From: Antedon mediterranea
Taxonomy: Eukaryota; Animalia; Echinodermata
Direction of reading: 5' to 3'
Assembly (NCBI RefSeq): GCF_964355755.1
Contig: NC_092678.1
Coordinates: 6,774,422-6,838,421, forward strand
Length of the DNA stretch: 64,000 nucleotides
Shown: positions 52,467 to 64,000 of the stretch, piece after piece
Numbering within the stretch: the first letter of the stretch is position 1
Layout of the letters: each line of letters begins with the position of its first letter
Program-made: the position numbers and the translations under genes
Notes under the pieces: generated by a model
What the model saw: the letters and a program-made list of their open reading frames with translations, nothing else
What the model was told of the DNA's origin: nothing
Database searches by the model: none

Positions 52467-52485
52467 CGTGGAGAATTGTGATTGG
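52467..52485 (-). promoter_or_regulatory. Second ERSE (CCAAT-N9-CCACG) upstream of HSP90B1
   Basis: Plus strand CGTGG AGAATTGTG ATTGG = CCAAT CACAATTCT CCACG on minus. Confidence 0.85.
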
Positions 52486-55089
52486 TCAGTAGTTATAAGG
52501 TCAGGGGTTATGCTGAATAAGCCTTGTCTTTTCAATTTGTCCTACCCTATATCCTGTTTTATTCAATGTAGGCCTATTAAATATTATTGATTTTTAACAA
52601 AAAGGATATTTTTATCGATTATGTTAAATTTAGTTTGTTTATTGATTGATACGTAATCGTTTGTTGCTTCATTAATACAGAGTACATATGATATATATTT
52701 TCTAATTTTCCGAGAAATCGAGACCTTATGACATTTTTTACTTAAATTCAGATTTTTTAAGAAAATAGAGTTATAATATGACGTCATTTAATTCTGTAAC
52801 TTTACAATTTCTACCATAATGTTAGTTGCTACATTGAAACGTAGTCCTATAGGCCTAATAAATTACACCTAGATATTAGTATCAACGGCGGGCACCCTAA
52901 TTAATTGCCACGGAGGTCTCAGTATAGGTTTTTAGAAGCCTTCTTAATTTACAGTACTATACTCTACACACTCCATTTATAACACAAGAAACAGACTACG
53001 GTACTGTATACTATTTGGCACGTAAAATAATTCGAATATTGATTACTAATAAAAAAAAACAGCATTTTTGTTATTTGTGTGCGTCTCTCTTTGAGTGATT
53101 GACGTAAATCGATAGTGTTAAGTCATAACAGAGGAATCTAACAACACGATCAAACAGACACCGCGCGCCGCGAAAGATAATGTACATAGTAAAGTACTGT
53201 CTTGATATTTGCTGCAGCCATACATAAGATCAAATGACTGTTACGAGTTCTTATCTTGGCAAGGCGAGCTCAGTGTCCTGTTTTTGATTGCCTTGGTAAT
53301 GCACTCGACGCTCTCCGCTCCTTTAAAAAAATGGTGGTCAAAAGTTAGGACATCAAATTAAGCTCAGCCCAATTCATTTCTCCATGTTTAAGCCCTCCGC
53401 CACCCCCTAAAATCTTGGATTCGCCACTTCAAGTGAAAGAGTGTCCCCTTGTGGGTTTTCCTTAAATCATCTTTTATTTTTCAACAAAAGACTATTGAAA
53501 ATACTTTAATTTTGTTCTCTTATATGATTTATGTAAACAGTATTATGATTACGCAATACAGAATCAAATGTCAAGGGATGGACTCATTGCCCTTTGTTCA
53601 TCTTGTCTGACGTCAACATTTACTTACAAAAAAAAACCAAAAACAAAGACACAAAAAAATCCAAAAGACTCGTCCATGTGGTGACTTTAAATCCCACGAC
53701 TCCCATAAAGGAATAAAATGCATTTTTAAACTTAGAAACAAAAGTACATAATTATCGCTTTAGTATTTCTCCTGAAGAATTAGAAAATGCTTTTAGGCGT
53801 TCAAGGAATGTTTTAAATATTAGTTAGAGTACAACTAATTGCAAATGAGCATGTTTAGTAAAATCAGGTCGGGTGTTCTGTGGCAACAAAATTAGAGTCT
53901 TAATTGATTCAAATTAAGCTATATGCGGAAGTTTAATATGATGGTAAAAATAGGAAAAGTGCGGGAGCAGGTTAAACAAAAATAGATACGGCAATTATGA
54001 ATCTATTTGCAGATGTCTCGCTGTTAAAGTTCTGGTTTTATTAGAACTGCGACGCAAGGATTTAAAACGCAGCGCAAGCGAGTTAACCAAGTACGAATAA
54101 GGTACAAGTAAGAGTTTTGAATAATCACCCGCTTTTGATAGGTCAAATCACCTACCGATTTATGTTGTATATGAGTGCTTGCGTTGCGTTTCTAGTGGGC
54201 CGCAACGCAAGCTCCTCCAAGGAAACGAAGACCAATCAAAAGCGATGGATTATTCAAACTGTCGCTTGCAATATTGGCCAATTCACTTCCGTTGTGGCTT
54301 ACCCCGGCCCTTTGAAACTAAGCATTAAATGTTAAATTCTGGAAATAGGTATTACATATTTATATTTTATCATTTTCGTCTCCTCCTTTTACGACGGAAT
54401 TGGTATCTTTCTCTCTGTCACCCAGAACATTACCACAAAGCTGTTGTTCCATCGGAATAGCATCCAGACCCTGGTCACTTTATAAACAATTTTTGTCTGC
54501 GTCATCCCTTTCAAACGACTGACAGATTATCATTATTATTCACACCGCAGCCGTGTCTCCAAATAATCGCAAGAAATTCCATCGTATTTCAAGTGATCTC
54601 TTGTCAATTTCCCGTGACGGTTATTTTCTAACATTGACTGTAGATAATTTACACAATGGACGTTGATGAAGCGCAACATTTTTAAAACAGCGCCCTCTGT
54701 GTTTGGGTGTATTAAGAAAAATTATAGCACCCTCTATGATTTGATTACGCTTTTATAAAATGATTCTGATATTCGACACCTATTAAACTAGAGAGAACAA
54801 ATACGAAATTCCTCTATTACAATAACCGGACGATAGTTACGTCTTTCGATTCAGAAATTATGAATATTCATTAGTTATACCTTATTGAATATGCATTAAG
54901 TGTGACGTAAGTTCAATACAAGTTAGAGGTTTGTATAATTATAAAAGTAATCAGTTCTACTTCATCAGGAGGGAAATACGTTGAATGATCCTTATTAATA
55001 TAATACATTTTATTTTCAATTTTAGAGATTATAATTGATTTGATCGAGTAAGGCATGCAGGCAACGTAAGTAACAAGTATTACCAGTTT

Positions 55090-55476
55090 TTTGTTTTTGT
55101 TTTTTTTTTTATTCAGTATATTACATAGAGGCGCCTTACAAGATGGAACCACCTTAGCTTCAAGGGGCCTCAGATTAAAAAATACAACATTTTAAAACAA
55201 AAACCTACAGAAACATCAATCAAATATTCCCGAATTAACAAGAAATTGTTGTACATAATAAAATAATAAAGCATTTTCACAATTCGAAAGAAGATCGGAA
55301 CCAAAAATAAAAATTTCACTTAAAAATGTAAAATTAAATGTTAAAGAAAAATCCTTGGCTAAGATATCCTCAATAATTGAGTTAGCGCTTACAAGTAGAA
55401 TATCTCTTTGTGTATTATAATTAGGGCAGTAACATAAGAAATGAAGCGAATTCTCAACATTAAAGCCACAAGTACA
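55090..55476 (-). mobile_element. 3' remnant of a non-LTR retrotransposon (CR1-group-like)
   Basis: Minus strand reads CTCGFNVENSLHFLCYCPNYNTQR...FGSDLLSNCEN (C-terminal CCHC-like motif), then a short 3'UTR and AATAAA/A-rich tail. Confidence 0.6.
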
Positions 55477-56882
55477 TTTTTGTTTTATTACCAGTTAGTG
55501 TATGGTATTCTACTGAGTTACAGCAACAGCAGCAGTTACATTGTTACTGCAATAACAGGCCTACATAATGGTTTTACTGCGTCAATGTAAAGTTTATGAG
55601 GCAATCTTAATGTTATGATACGGTTATGGAGACTGAGCAGATTTTTTCCGTTTTTCATTAAGCATACGAGAACTTAAGTCAACTAATAAAAAGAATGCTT
55701 GCACCAAAAGTTCCACGAAATCTATCCTGACGTGTATGTAAAAAAAAAAGCTAAAATGTGCAGGTTATATAAAGAGTATCTATATTTCTCCAGTATCATA
55801 GGAAAATTCCGTAATGTGTTTCATGTGACGATGACCTAATTACATGATACAGGCACCACAAGTTTTCTTATGACACTGGGAACATATATTCTTACATGTG
55901 GATACAGTAGGCTATAGATCTGCAAACTGTTGGGCAGTAGAAAAATATTGAGATAACATTTCACATCCACATTTATTTACTCATCCTTTATAAATATAGT
56001 TTCATAGCATAAATGATGGCAAGGATCCTGCATAGAGAAGTTTACACTTCTGTTTTCGCAGGACCCTATAAAACCAAGTTACGAAGAGCGCCCTCATGGA
56101 ACAATCACGGTTCATCAAACAAGTGTTACAATGAAATTACAAGTAATAAACAAATATTTATATAAAAATAAATAACACTCGTGAAATTATTGTTTCACAT
56201 AAAAATGTAATGTCTTTCAGATGTGCCACGCAGACGATACAGTAGCTGAATAATTAAAATGCTTTATTGTAGAAAAAAAAATGCATCGAGTAAAAATCAC
56301 CGCGTAAAATTTGTTACGTGGATTAAGTTTTGTATAGCAGATTTTGATGATCGATATAGGTCATGTGACCTTTTTTTTCTAAGAAATTGGATGATTAGAC
56401 AACACAATAAATTATCTTAAAATTTGATTTATGAACAAATGAAGAATAACCGCTCTCACGACAACGGAAAAAATCGTTTATGAAGAGAAATATAACATGA
56501 TTGAGTGTTCCTTTCTCTCCGTATATATCTTTGCCATTTTTTGGACCGCACCGCATGTTGTGAGTGCCACCGATCTAAAGGTGAATGGGTCAACAAATAA
56601 AAAAATAAAAATTTCGTCGTTCTACTAAACGGTAAAAGTGATAATTTAATAGTACTATTGCACGTTTATTTTTTTTAAATGTTGTTCAGCGCGACTGTAG
56701 TGTCTGGTATTCGTTCGATCTTGTAAATATGGGGTGTGGCGTCACAACGGTTCTCTAAAGCGGCCAAAATCGGAGCCCAACTTTAATCAATCAATCATCG
56801 ACATTTTTATTCCATAATAAAAATAAAAATATATACAAATACGATAAAAATAATATAATGGAATGGGATACAAAAAGAGCAC

Positions 56883-56986
56883 AAGTACGTGCGTTAGACA
56901 ATTAAGTACGTGCGTTAGACAATTAAGTACGTGCGTTAGACAATTAAGTACGTGCGTTAGACAATTAAGTACGTGCGTCAGACAAT
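56883..56986. repeat. Tandem repeat, 5 x 21 bp AAGTACGTGCGTTAGACAATT
   Basis: Direct inspection. Confidence 0.95.
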
Positions 56987-57077
56987 TATGTAACCATGAA
57001 TAGAACAAACATTAGTACTACAAAAAAACGAACAAACCAAAATAGAAAAATGTGTTTTCTTAACTTAAATATTTTAA

Positions 57078-57430
57078 AGATGTAGGCCTATTGTCCCTAT
57101 GAAAAAATAATTCTTAACAAATTTTTTGTTGAATATTCCATTTTAATGTAACATAATAGTTATCCACTTTGACAAAACATTGGATCGAAAAAAATGTATT
57201 TACCTGACAAAAATGTAATTTAAAGCAAAAAATGGTCAAATTGGCTGCCAGCCAATGGATTTTTGGTTGAATTTTACCATTTATTGTGTCATTTTATAAG
57301 TGAAAACATGATTTTTTTTCATTTTTTTTCCAATTGAAGCGATTAACTTGATTAAAACTACAAAATAACATATTCAAAGTTTGATTTAACGAATCTTCAT
57401 TTTTTCATGTTTTTGGGGGACAATACATCT
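57078..57430. mobile_element. Kolobok-like non-autonomous DNA transposon
   Basis: TTAA flanks; TIR AGATGTA[GGCCTA]TTGTCCC / GGGACAATACATCT; inverted sister of 32252-32586. Confidence 0.75.
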
Positions 57431-57520
57431 TTAAATACTCTGCGACATTAAAGGAGTCAGGATTGCCCACCCACAGAGCGGATTAATTAAATAAATTTAG
57501 AACAGAAAGCGCGTTAAAAA

Positions 57521-58085
57521 AATAATGTAATACATGTGCGCGCTGAATGTTCTATTTAACCCGGCTCGCCTTGTTATAATCTATTTTTAAAGTCATAAAA
57601 ACATATTCTCCAGATTCCATCTATAAACATTCAAATGATTGCAATCAACATATCTTAACTTATCTTATCTCACCCTTTGGAAATACTTCTGTCTACTTTT
57701 TTCAGTGTTGTAACATCAAGAAGAAGTGTATAGGTTTATTTCAACTGCAGTTACCACAGAACTACATTTGTTACTGCAATGACATAACATAAATAATGTA
57801 ATACATGTGTTGAATGTTTATTTAACCCGGCTCGCCTTGTTAATAATCTTTCAATTCATGAAACATATATTCACCAGATTCAAATTATAAACATTCAAAT
57901 TATTGCAATCAACACATCTTAACTTATCTTATCTCGCCCTTTGGAAATACTTCTGTCTACTTTTTCCAGTGTTGTAACATCAAGAAGAAGTGTATAGGTT
58001 TTATTTTACTGCAGGTATCTAACAGGTACAGTTAACTACATTTGTTACTGCAATAAATACATGTGTTTAATGTTCTAATTTAACC
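57521..58085. repeat. Tandem duplication, ~270-bp unit x2 plus a partial third
   Basis: aataatgtaatacatgtg...tttaacccggctcgccttgtta...ctacatttgttactgcaat at ~57521 and ~57793. Confidence 0.85.
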
Positions 58086-59844
58086 TCAAGAAGTGTTACC
58101 GGCCGATTTTGTATTAGAAAGGGTAAGGATCTTCTTTGAGCATAGCGCCCTCAACCTTACCTATATTGGCAACTTTTCTACATATTTGGCATGATGCTGG
58201 CCATTCCACTCCTAAGTTTAGGACTCGTACATTCTACTACACTATCGACAACATACTAATACTATTCAGCATGTAATCGTATAGGAAAGATCATCCTTCT
58301 TACACTCTATTTAAACATTTTTGCCTAAGGCCATAATATAAAAGAAAGGAAGCCTTGACAATTGCGTCAAGAAACGAATGAAAACACTATTTAATGAAAT
58401 ATATATAATTTTTTCTCGGAAGAGCATTCAAAGCTAACAACATTATAGCCTAAAGGTATAATATTTGTATAATGTTGTGTGAATGGCCTTGAACCTGATG
58501 TCTTAAAACATGACGTCAATCATGTCTAGTCAAGAAACATTTTTTATTAAAACGAACGAGGTCCAATGCATGTTTTACCAAGGAAATCTAACAGGACATT
58601 GAGCTCGCCCTGACAAGATAGGAACTCGTAACAGTCCTTTGATCTTATGTCTGGCCGCGACAAATCAACAGTACTATCTTGTGTATGCCTATAATTCTCC
58701 GCGGCGCACGACGTATTGTGGGACGTGGGACTGATCGTATCGCAGGGCGCCACAGATACCCCTTTTGATGTCTGGCGCTAAGCATCCTGTTGTTATTAAT
58801 GACAACTATTCAGCCGAGAAATCCATATTCAGGGGACACTTTGTTGGGCTTCGAAAGTGCCACACACAACATTTTGTGTCCAAAATGCTTTCAAAATTAC
58901 GCCTCATATACTCCAATGTTTTACAAATTACTTGAAAAAACATTACCTTAGCGTTTCATTGCGTTCATGTGTAATGGAGCAATAATTAATGAAAGTTATC
59001 ACTAAGAAAAGCTATTAACCTGTTTAATAAAAGCATTTGATTGAACACGTCATTTGAAAGAAATTAGGTCGAAAATTGCTACAGCAATGATTGTTATAGT
59101 TGTTTACACCTCCAGCCAAACGAAAAAGAATGACGCAAAAAAAAAAAACACATTAAAAAACGACTGTTACAAAGGTATGGTAATGTCAAATGCTATACAA
59201 AATAGTGTGCTTTCTCATTTTTGTTTCTTCGTCATGTGGTCGGTAGGCCTACCTACGTCGGATGGTCTCCAACGCACGAATTTTAAACGCCACACTACCT
59301 ATCTATACTATATATGTTATTTATTCACGAGACTGATGTACAGTGTACAACTCGTTCAATCAACATTTATTGTTTTTACACAAGTTCGTAATATTACAAA
59401 AATCCAACTGCTTGAATATTTGATTTAAGTTTGTTTCATTAGAAGTTTATGAGGCAGACAGTGTGTATTATTAATCAAAAAAACAAAAAACAATAGTTAA
59501 TTTGGAAAGTCTAGTCCCTAGCCCACAATACACCTAAACGGGTATCTAAACTAGGCCTTTAATGTTATGTTTTCTCCCGGTCCCAAGAGGCTTTGATATT
59601 TTCACAATCTGTGATCCTCCCTTGATGTTCATCCGTCAATTCTAAACAAAAAATTCAGATACATTAGAGCCTAAAACAGACAATATAAATCCGAAATTCT
59701 GTACTTAAATTAACAGGGCGTCATTGTAAAATTAATATAAATTTCCAATGAACCATTCCACTGTTTAAAATGTCGTCAATAATGCAAAACGTCAGAAAGG
59801 AATTAGCCAAAAGTATGGTTACGTATCATTACTGATAATAAATT

Positions 59845-60170
59845 TGTGATCAATATTGATCAATTGGTGGACCGATGATAAATACTTTATTTATACAGCG
59901 AATGGTTCCCAAGTGGTTTCGATAATATCATCGATTGATCTATATATTGGTGATCAATATTGATCAATTGGTCGATCGATGATAAATACCTTATTCATAC
60001 AGCGAATGGTTCCCAAGTGGTTTCGATAATATCATCAATTGATCTATTGGTAATCAATATTGATCAATTGGTCGATCGATGATCAATACCTTATTTCTAC
60101 AGCGAATGGTTCCCAAGTGGTTCCGATAATATCATCAATTGATCTATTGGTGATCAATATTGATCGATCC
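59845..60170. repeat. Tandem repeat, ~3 x 100-105 bp
   Basis: gtgatcaatattgatcaattggt...acagcgaatggttcccaagtggtttcgataatatcatc repeated. Confidence 0.9.
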
Positions 60171-60237
60171 ATATTTATATACACCAAATGGTTAGTAATG
60201 CTTGGTTCCCACTATTTAACGTAGATTACTAAAGTCA

Positions 60238-60374
60238 AGCTTGGTTCCACTAGAACGCAACACACGGACGTAACGCAACGTACGAGACTTGACCAATAAC
60301 TGTCGCTTGTCATAGGTCAACAAGCTTGCGTTGCGTTTACGTCCTGGCGTTGCGTCCTAGTGGGAACCAAGCTT
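60238..60374. mobile_element. Palindromic MITE family B (AAGCTTGGTTCCCACTAG TIR, CGCAA repeats)
   Basis: aagcttggttcc.actag...ctagtgggaaccaagctt; sisters at ~62871-63117, 60575-60755, 54040-54200, 19479-19500. Confidence 0.75.
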
Positions 60375-62525
60375 GACTTACGTAATCTACCTTAAATACG
60401 AAGTATCTCAATAATTGATTACATATTATTTAAACATTTATAAATTACCCACTTCTACACCCCACCCAAAGTAAGGGTCAAGGGGGGAATGTTGCCTTTG
60501 GTTAAACCCACAGGAGAAATAGGTAAGAACACAGCAAATCGATGCAGGTATGTTTTAGCAAGGTAATATATAGCTCGGTTCCCACTAGCGACGCAACGTG
60601 ACCTACGCAACATAAGAATATGCCCTTCTATGCTTCCAGTGTTCTTTTGCCTTGCGTTTGTTACGTGAAATCAAACTTATTTGATTTCCCGTAGCGATTT
60701 GATTACGCAATACAACACTTTGCGCCGATACGTCGCTGCGTTACGTTGCGTTTTAGGCTTAAAACAACATGACGCTTAGCTTGGCCAGATCAAAAGTATA
60801 ACCTCTAGTTTTGAAACGATCAGTCTCCGCCCTCTAAACGCTCGTTAAATTGCCTTGGTTTGTTCCGATTAGCAGATTTATGTCCGGGGTTTTGCCGTCG
60901 CGGCATTTTCTTTACAGCATCCTTTTGAATAGTTTAACTGCCTGTGACAACGTAATACATTGCATTGGTTGTAAACACGACGCTGATACAGGCTAATGCG
61001 ATACATATTTTATTTCTACGCCTTTTAGACAAATTTAATTAGACAAGTTATTAAGTCTTCTAGAATTCAATAGAGAATTTTATACACAAGTACTCTTAGG
61101 TCAACACACAAAAGCGACCGCCACTATAACGCGCTGTAAAATACACTAAAAATAATTTGATAATTATATAAAAAACTTGAATAAAGTTATTATCTAACGA
61201 TCAATACAATAACCAAGTCTTTTGAAATTTCAATAACCTTGTCAAAATGAGAAACACTTTCTCTTTATCTATTTTCCAATTTATTTTACGTTTTTATTCA
61301 TCACAGTTTAAAATGTAATCAAGTCAACGAGGAAACAAAGGTAACCCATTAATACGAGAATTCTTTATATTCTTTTCTTGGTCCTTCTTCATCGATAATT
61401 ACGTTGCGTCAAACTCATTAATTGTCACATTATTTTAATCATGGACAAATCTATTTCATTTGTTAAAATGATGTAAATTGTCATTATGTATAATAGCGTT
61501 TCACCACAAGCGAAATGAATTTTCAAGGTTTTATATATACAAAGATTCATATTATTGAATAGGTAGTGGTTACAGGGTTCAATCCTGAATGTAGTTCGGG
61601 TTAGTGAAATCCGCCTCCTCAACCACCCTCATCATTGGCCAGAAACCCCTAGGATGGACAGATTTCACTAACCTTACTATGCATGCCATCGTGATTCATC
61701 ATACGGTTTCTCCATCCATGGACGGGTTACTAACTATTGAAGTGACGAAATAACAGATAATTCAACCTTACACAGATGTTAGTTGGTCAGTAACGAGTGT
61801 TAAATTTAAATATATATTTTAAATATTGGGGAGAAATTAAACAATTTAATAATTTTCTTTGATGAATATATCCCTTCTAGATTAGATTTTAAGAGATCAA
61901 GAATTGTGACAAAATTGATTACAACTTAATTATCACATTCAATAATCGTATTCACAATTAGTAGGGACGGGCCACGTGACTAGTTTTACCAAAAAAATTT
62001 GCCCAAATATGGTATTGATATGCTCAAATATGATAGTGGTATGACATCACCATGTCCATATAGGCCTATAGGCAAGATCAATTTTTTTTGTCACATAAAA
62101 TTTGATAGTGTAGACAGATCTTAACAATCATTCTACGCAAAATATTTCAGAGCGTGCGCACAATGCATTTAACTCGACAGCTGCCGTAGTCTACAACAGT
62201 GGCGCGTAGTGAAAATGCAAGGTCGATAATAATGTTTTATGGCGCCGCCAAGATGCTACAAACACGCCAAAATGGCATTTGCTACACTGTAATGATTATT
62301 TAAATAATCGAACTGATAATATGCGACGATGAATGATATTTATATTATTTATTTTGAATCTAGGCCTACTAAACTGACCTTTATAAATAGGCCTATATTC
62401 AATGCGAGTTGGGTACAAAATACATAAAGCGGATTTTGCTATGTTTTTGTATGTGGTATAGATTTACAAAATATGTAAACGTAAGTGTAAAAGTAATAAG
62501 GTACGCGATCATAACACGTTACCTA

Positions 62526-62713
62526 CAGTGGCGTAACATAGAGACCCGAGTCCCCTGGTTTAGGAACCCTAAGTGGCCTTCCAACACTGGAGACATTAGA
62601 CAACGCTGGAGACAACAATTTAATGCCTTTTCCTCTGGGCACTGCTCAGGGGCCCTATAAGCTCTTGGGCCCGTGGGTTTAGCCAGTGAGCGTTCATAGC
62701 CGTTACGCCACTG
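62526..62713. mobile_element. hAT-like MITE
   Basis: TIR CAGTGGCGTAAC/GTTACGCCACTG; 8-bp TSD GTTACCTA/CTTACCTA (7 of 8 match). Confidence 0.8.
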
Positions 62714-62870
62714 CTTACCTACCTCAAGTTAATTTTTTTTCTCACTAGGACGCATCGCAAGGACGTAAACGCAACGCAAATAATTTGACCAATCACAATT
62801 AATGGATTATTCGACATTCCGCGTTGTCATTGGCTTGCGTTGCGCTTACGTCCTCCCGCGCTTCATCCTA

Positions 62871-63117
62871 AAGCTTGGTTCCCACTAGAACGTAACGCAA
62901 GGACGTAAACGCAACGCAAGCGTTTTAACCAATGACACGCGAAGTTATAGACAGTTAGTAACGCAAGGACGTAAACGCAACGCAAGCGTTTTAACCAATG
63001 ACAAGCGAAGTTATAGACAGTTAGCAATCACAAGCGAATAAGTCATCGCTTGTGATTGGTCAATTCACTTGCGTTGCGTTACGTCCTTGTGTTGCGTCGC
63101 TAGTGGGAACCAAGCTT
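62871..63117. mobile_element. MITE family B copy with an internal duplication
   Basis: AAGCTTGGTTCCCACTAG...CTAGTGGGAACCAAGCTT. Confidence 0.8.
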
Positions 63118-63617
63118 GATGGTCAGGAATCATAAGCATAACCTAAACATTGGGAAGGCAGGGACACATTTGTTTACATTATTAACATTAGTTAAAGTTT
63201 ATAACAATTCCGTGAAATCTTACAATAATCAATAAATAATATTCAACCTTCAAAGAAAATTTTGAATAATACAAACGCTGTCTACTGACGTCATGATGAC
63301 GCAAAAGACTAAACATTTTTCACGATAGACATCATTGGACAGCTATTTTAAATCTACTATAAAATTGTTCGGTAATTTCTTTTCTCTCTTATTAATTGTA
63401 ATTGTGATTTTGTCTCTTTAAAATGGCAATATCATTTCAGGCATTATTTCTTTGCGAGGAAAAAAAAAGTTATATACAAATAATGAATGCAACTACAACT
63501 ATTGTTATGAGGTGAAAATAAAATATTTTCACCGAAAGAAAGGTGCATGGATAAAAATTAAATAATTTGTTTTATATAACATCTAATTATTATATACTTT
63601 TTTTGCATCTGTAGTAA

Positions 63618-63720
63618 TTTTGCACACGCAAGTACATATTTGCACTCGTATAGTACCAATTTGCACTGGTAGTACACATTTGCACCCGTATGGTACACAT
63701 TTGCACTCGCATAGCACAAC
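63618..63720. repeat. Degenerate 21-bp tandem repeat (ATTTGCACTCGTATAGTACAC)
   Basis: About 5 copies. Confidence 0.7.
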
Positions 63721-63729
63721 TATGCACCC

Positions 63730-64000
63730 AAAATCGTATATTGGGGGGGGGGGGGGAAGAGGTCGACAGTTTGGAGTAAGACTGAAAGAACACCAAAAAA
63801 AGACACTGAAAAGGTCTCCGATCGCAAATACACCCGGGCAGCTAGAAAGGAATCAACATCCGAAATCCACAAATCCACCATCACAGACTTGGAGGGGGAA
63901 AAAATTCTTGACAGAGACTCTAACCCATTCACGCGTAGAATCAGAGAGACAATCCAAATCAGAAAGAGGGGTCTCACGCAATCAACCGCGACGAAGGGGC
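63730..64000 (+). mobile_element. Frameshifted GIY-YIG endonuclease remnant of a Penelope-like element (runs off the window)
   Basis: Across frameshifts: KSYIG...QFGVRLKEHQK...IHKSTITD..EKILDRDSNPFTRRIRETIQIRK...INRDEG. Confidence 0.7.

Noticed and set aside
54370-60945. Exon-like GC-richer patches on the minus strand (~54370-54660, 59565-59640, 60770-60942)
   Set aside because: Acceptor-like sites exist, but frames contain stops and no protein family is recognisable; cannot support a gene without transcript data

Overview
AT-rich, intron-rich animal genomic DNA, probably from an invertebrate deuterostome (weak inference from protein similarity and Deu-domain SINEs). Five complete spliced genes were reconstructed by hand from GT-AG boundaries and reading frame. 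They are CYB561D2-like (-), head-to-head with NPRL2 (+, 11 exons); a selenocysteine-type selenophosphate synthetase SEPHS2 (+, 7 exons, in-frame TGA at codon 29, coding-region hairpin and 3'UTR SECIS); APEX2 (-, 6 exons); and HSP90B1/GRP94 (-, 18 exons, KDEL, two perfect ERSE promoter elements). Introns and intergenic DNA are dense in MITEs (Kolobok-, Harbinger-, Tc1/mariner- and hAT-like), Helentron-like non-autonomous elements, tRNA- and 5S-derived SINEs, minisatellites, and LINE and Penelope remnants. The less routine signals are: a terminally redundant ~360-bp repeat carrying an intact tRNA cloverleaf with an ATC anticodon; recurrent TA>TACAGTA/TAGGCCTA micro-insertions that look like transposon excision footprints; a ~550-bp inverted repeat bracketing NPRL2 exons 3-4; a decayed duplicate of NPRL2 exon 6 inside an octamer cluster; and tRNA-Val copies captured in a nested Helentron-like element. 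Coordinates were counted by eye and repeat edges may be off by a few bases. No searches were run.
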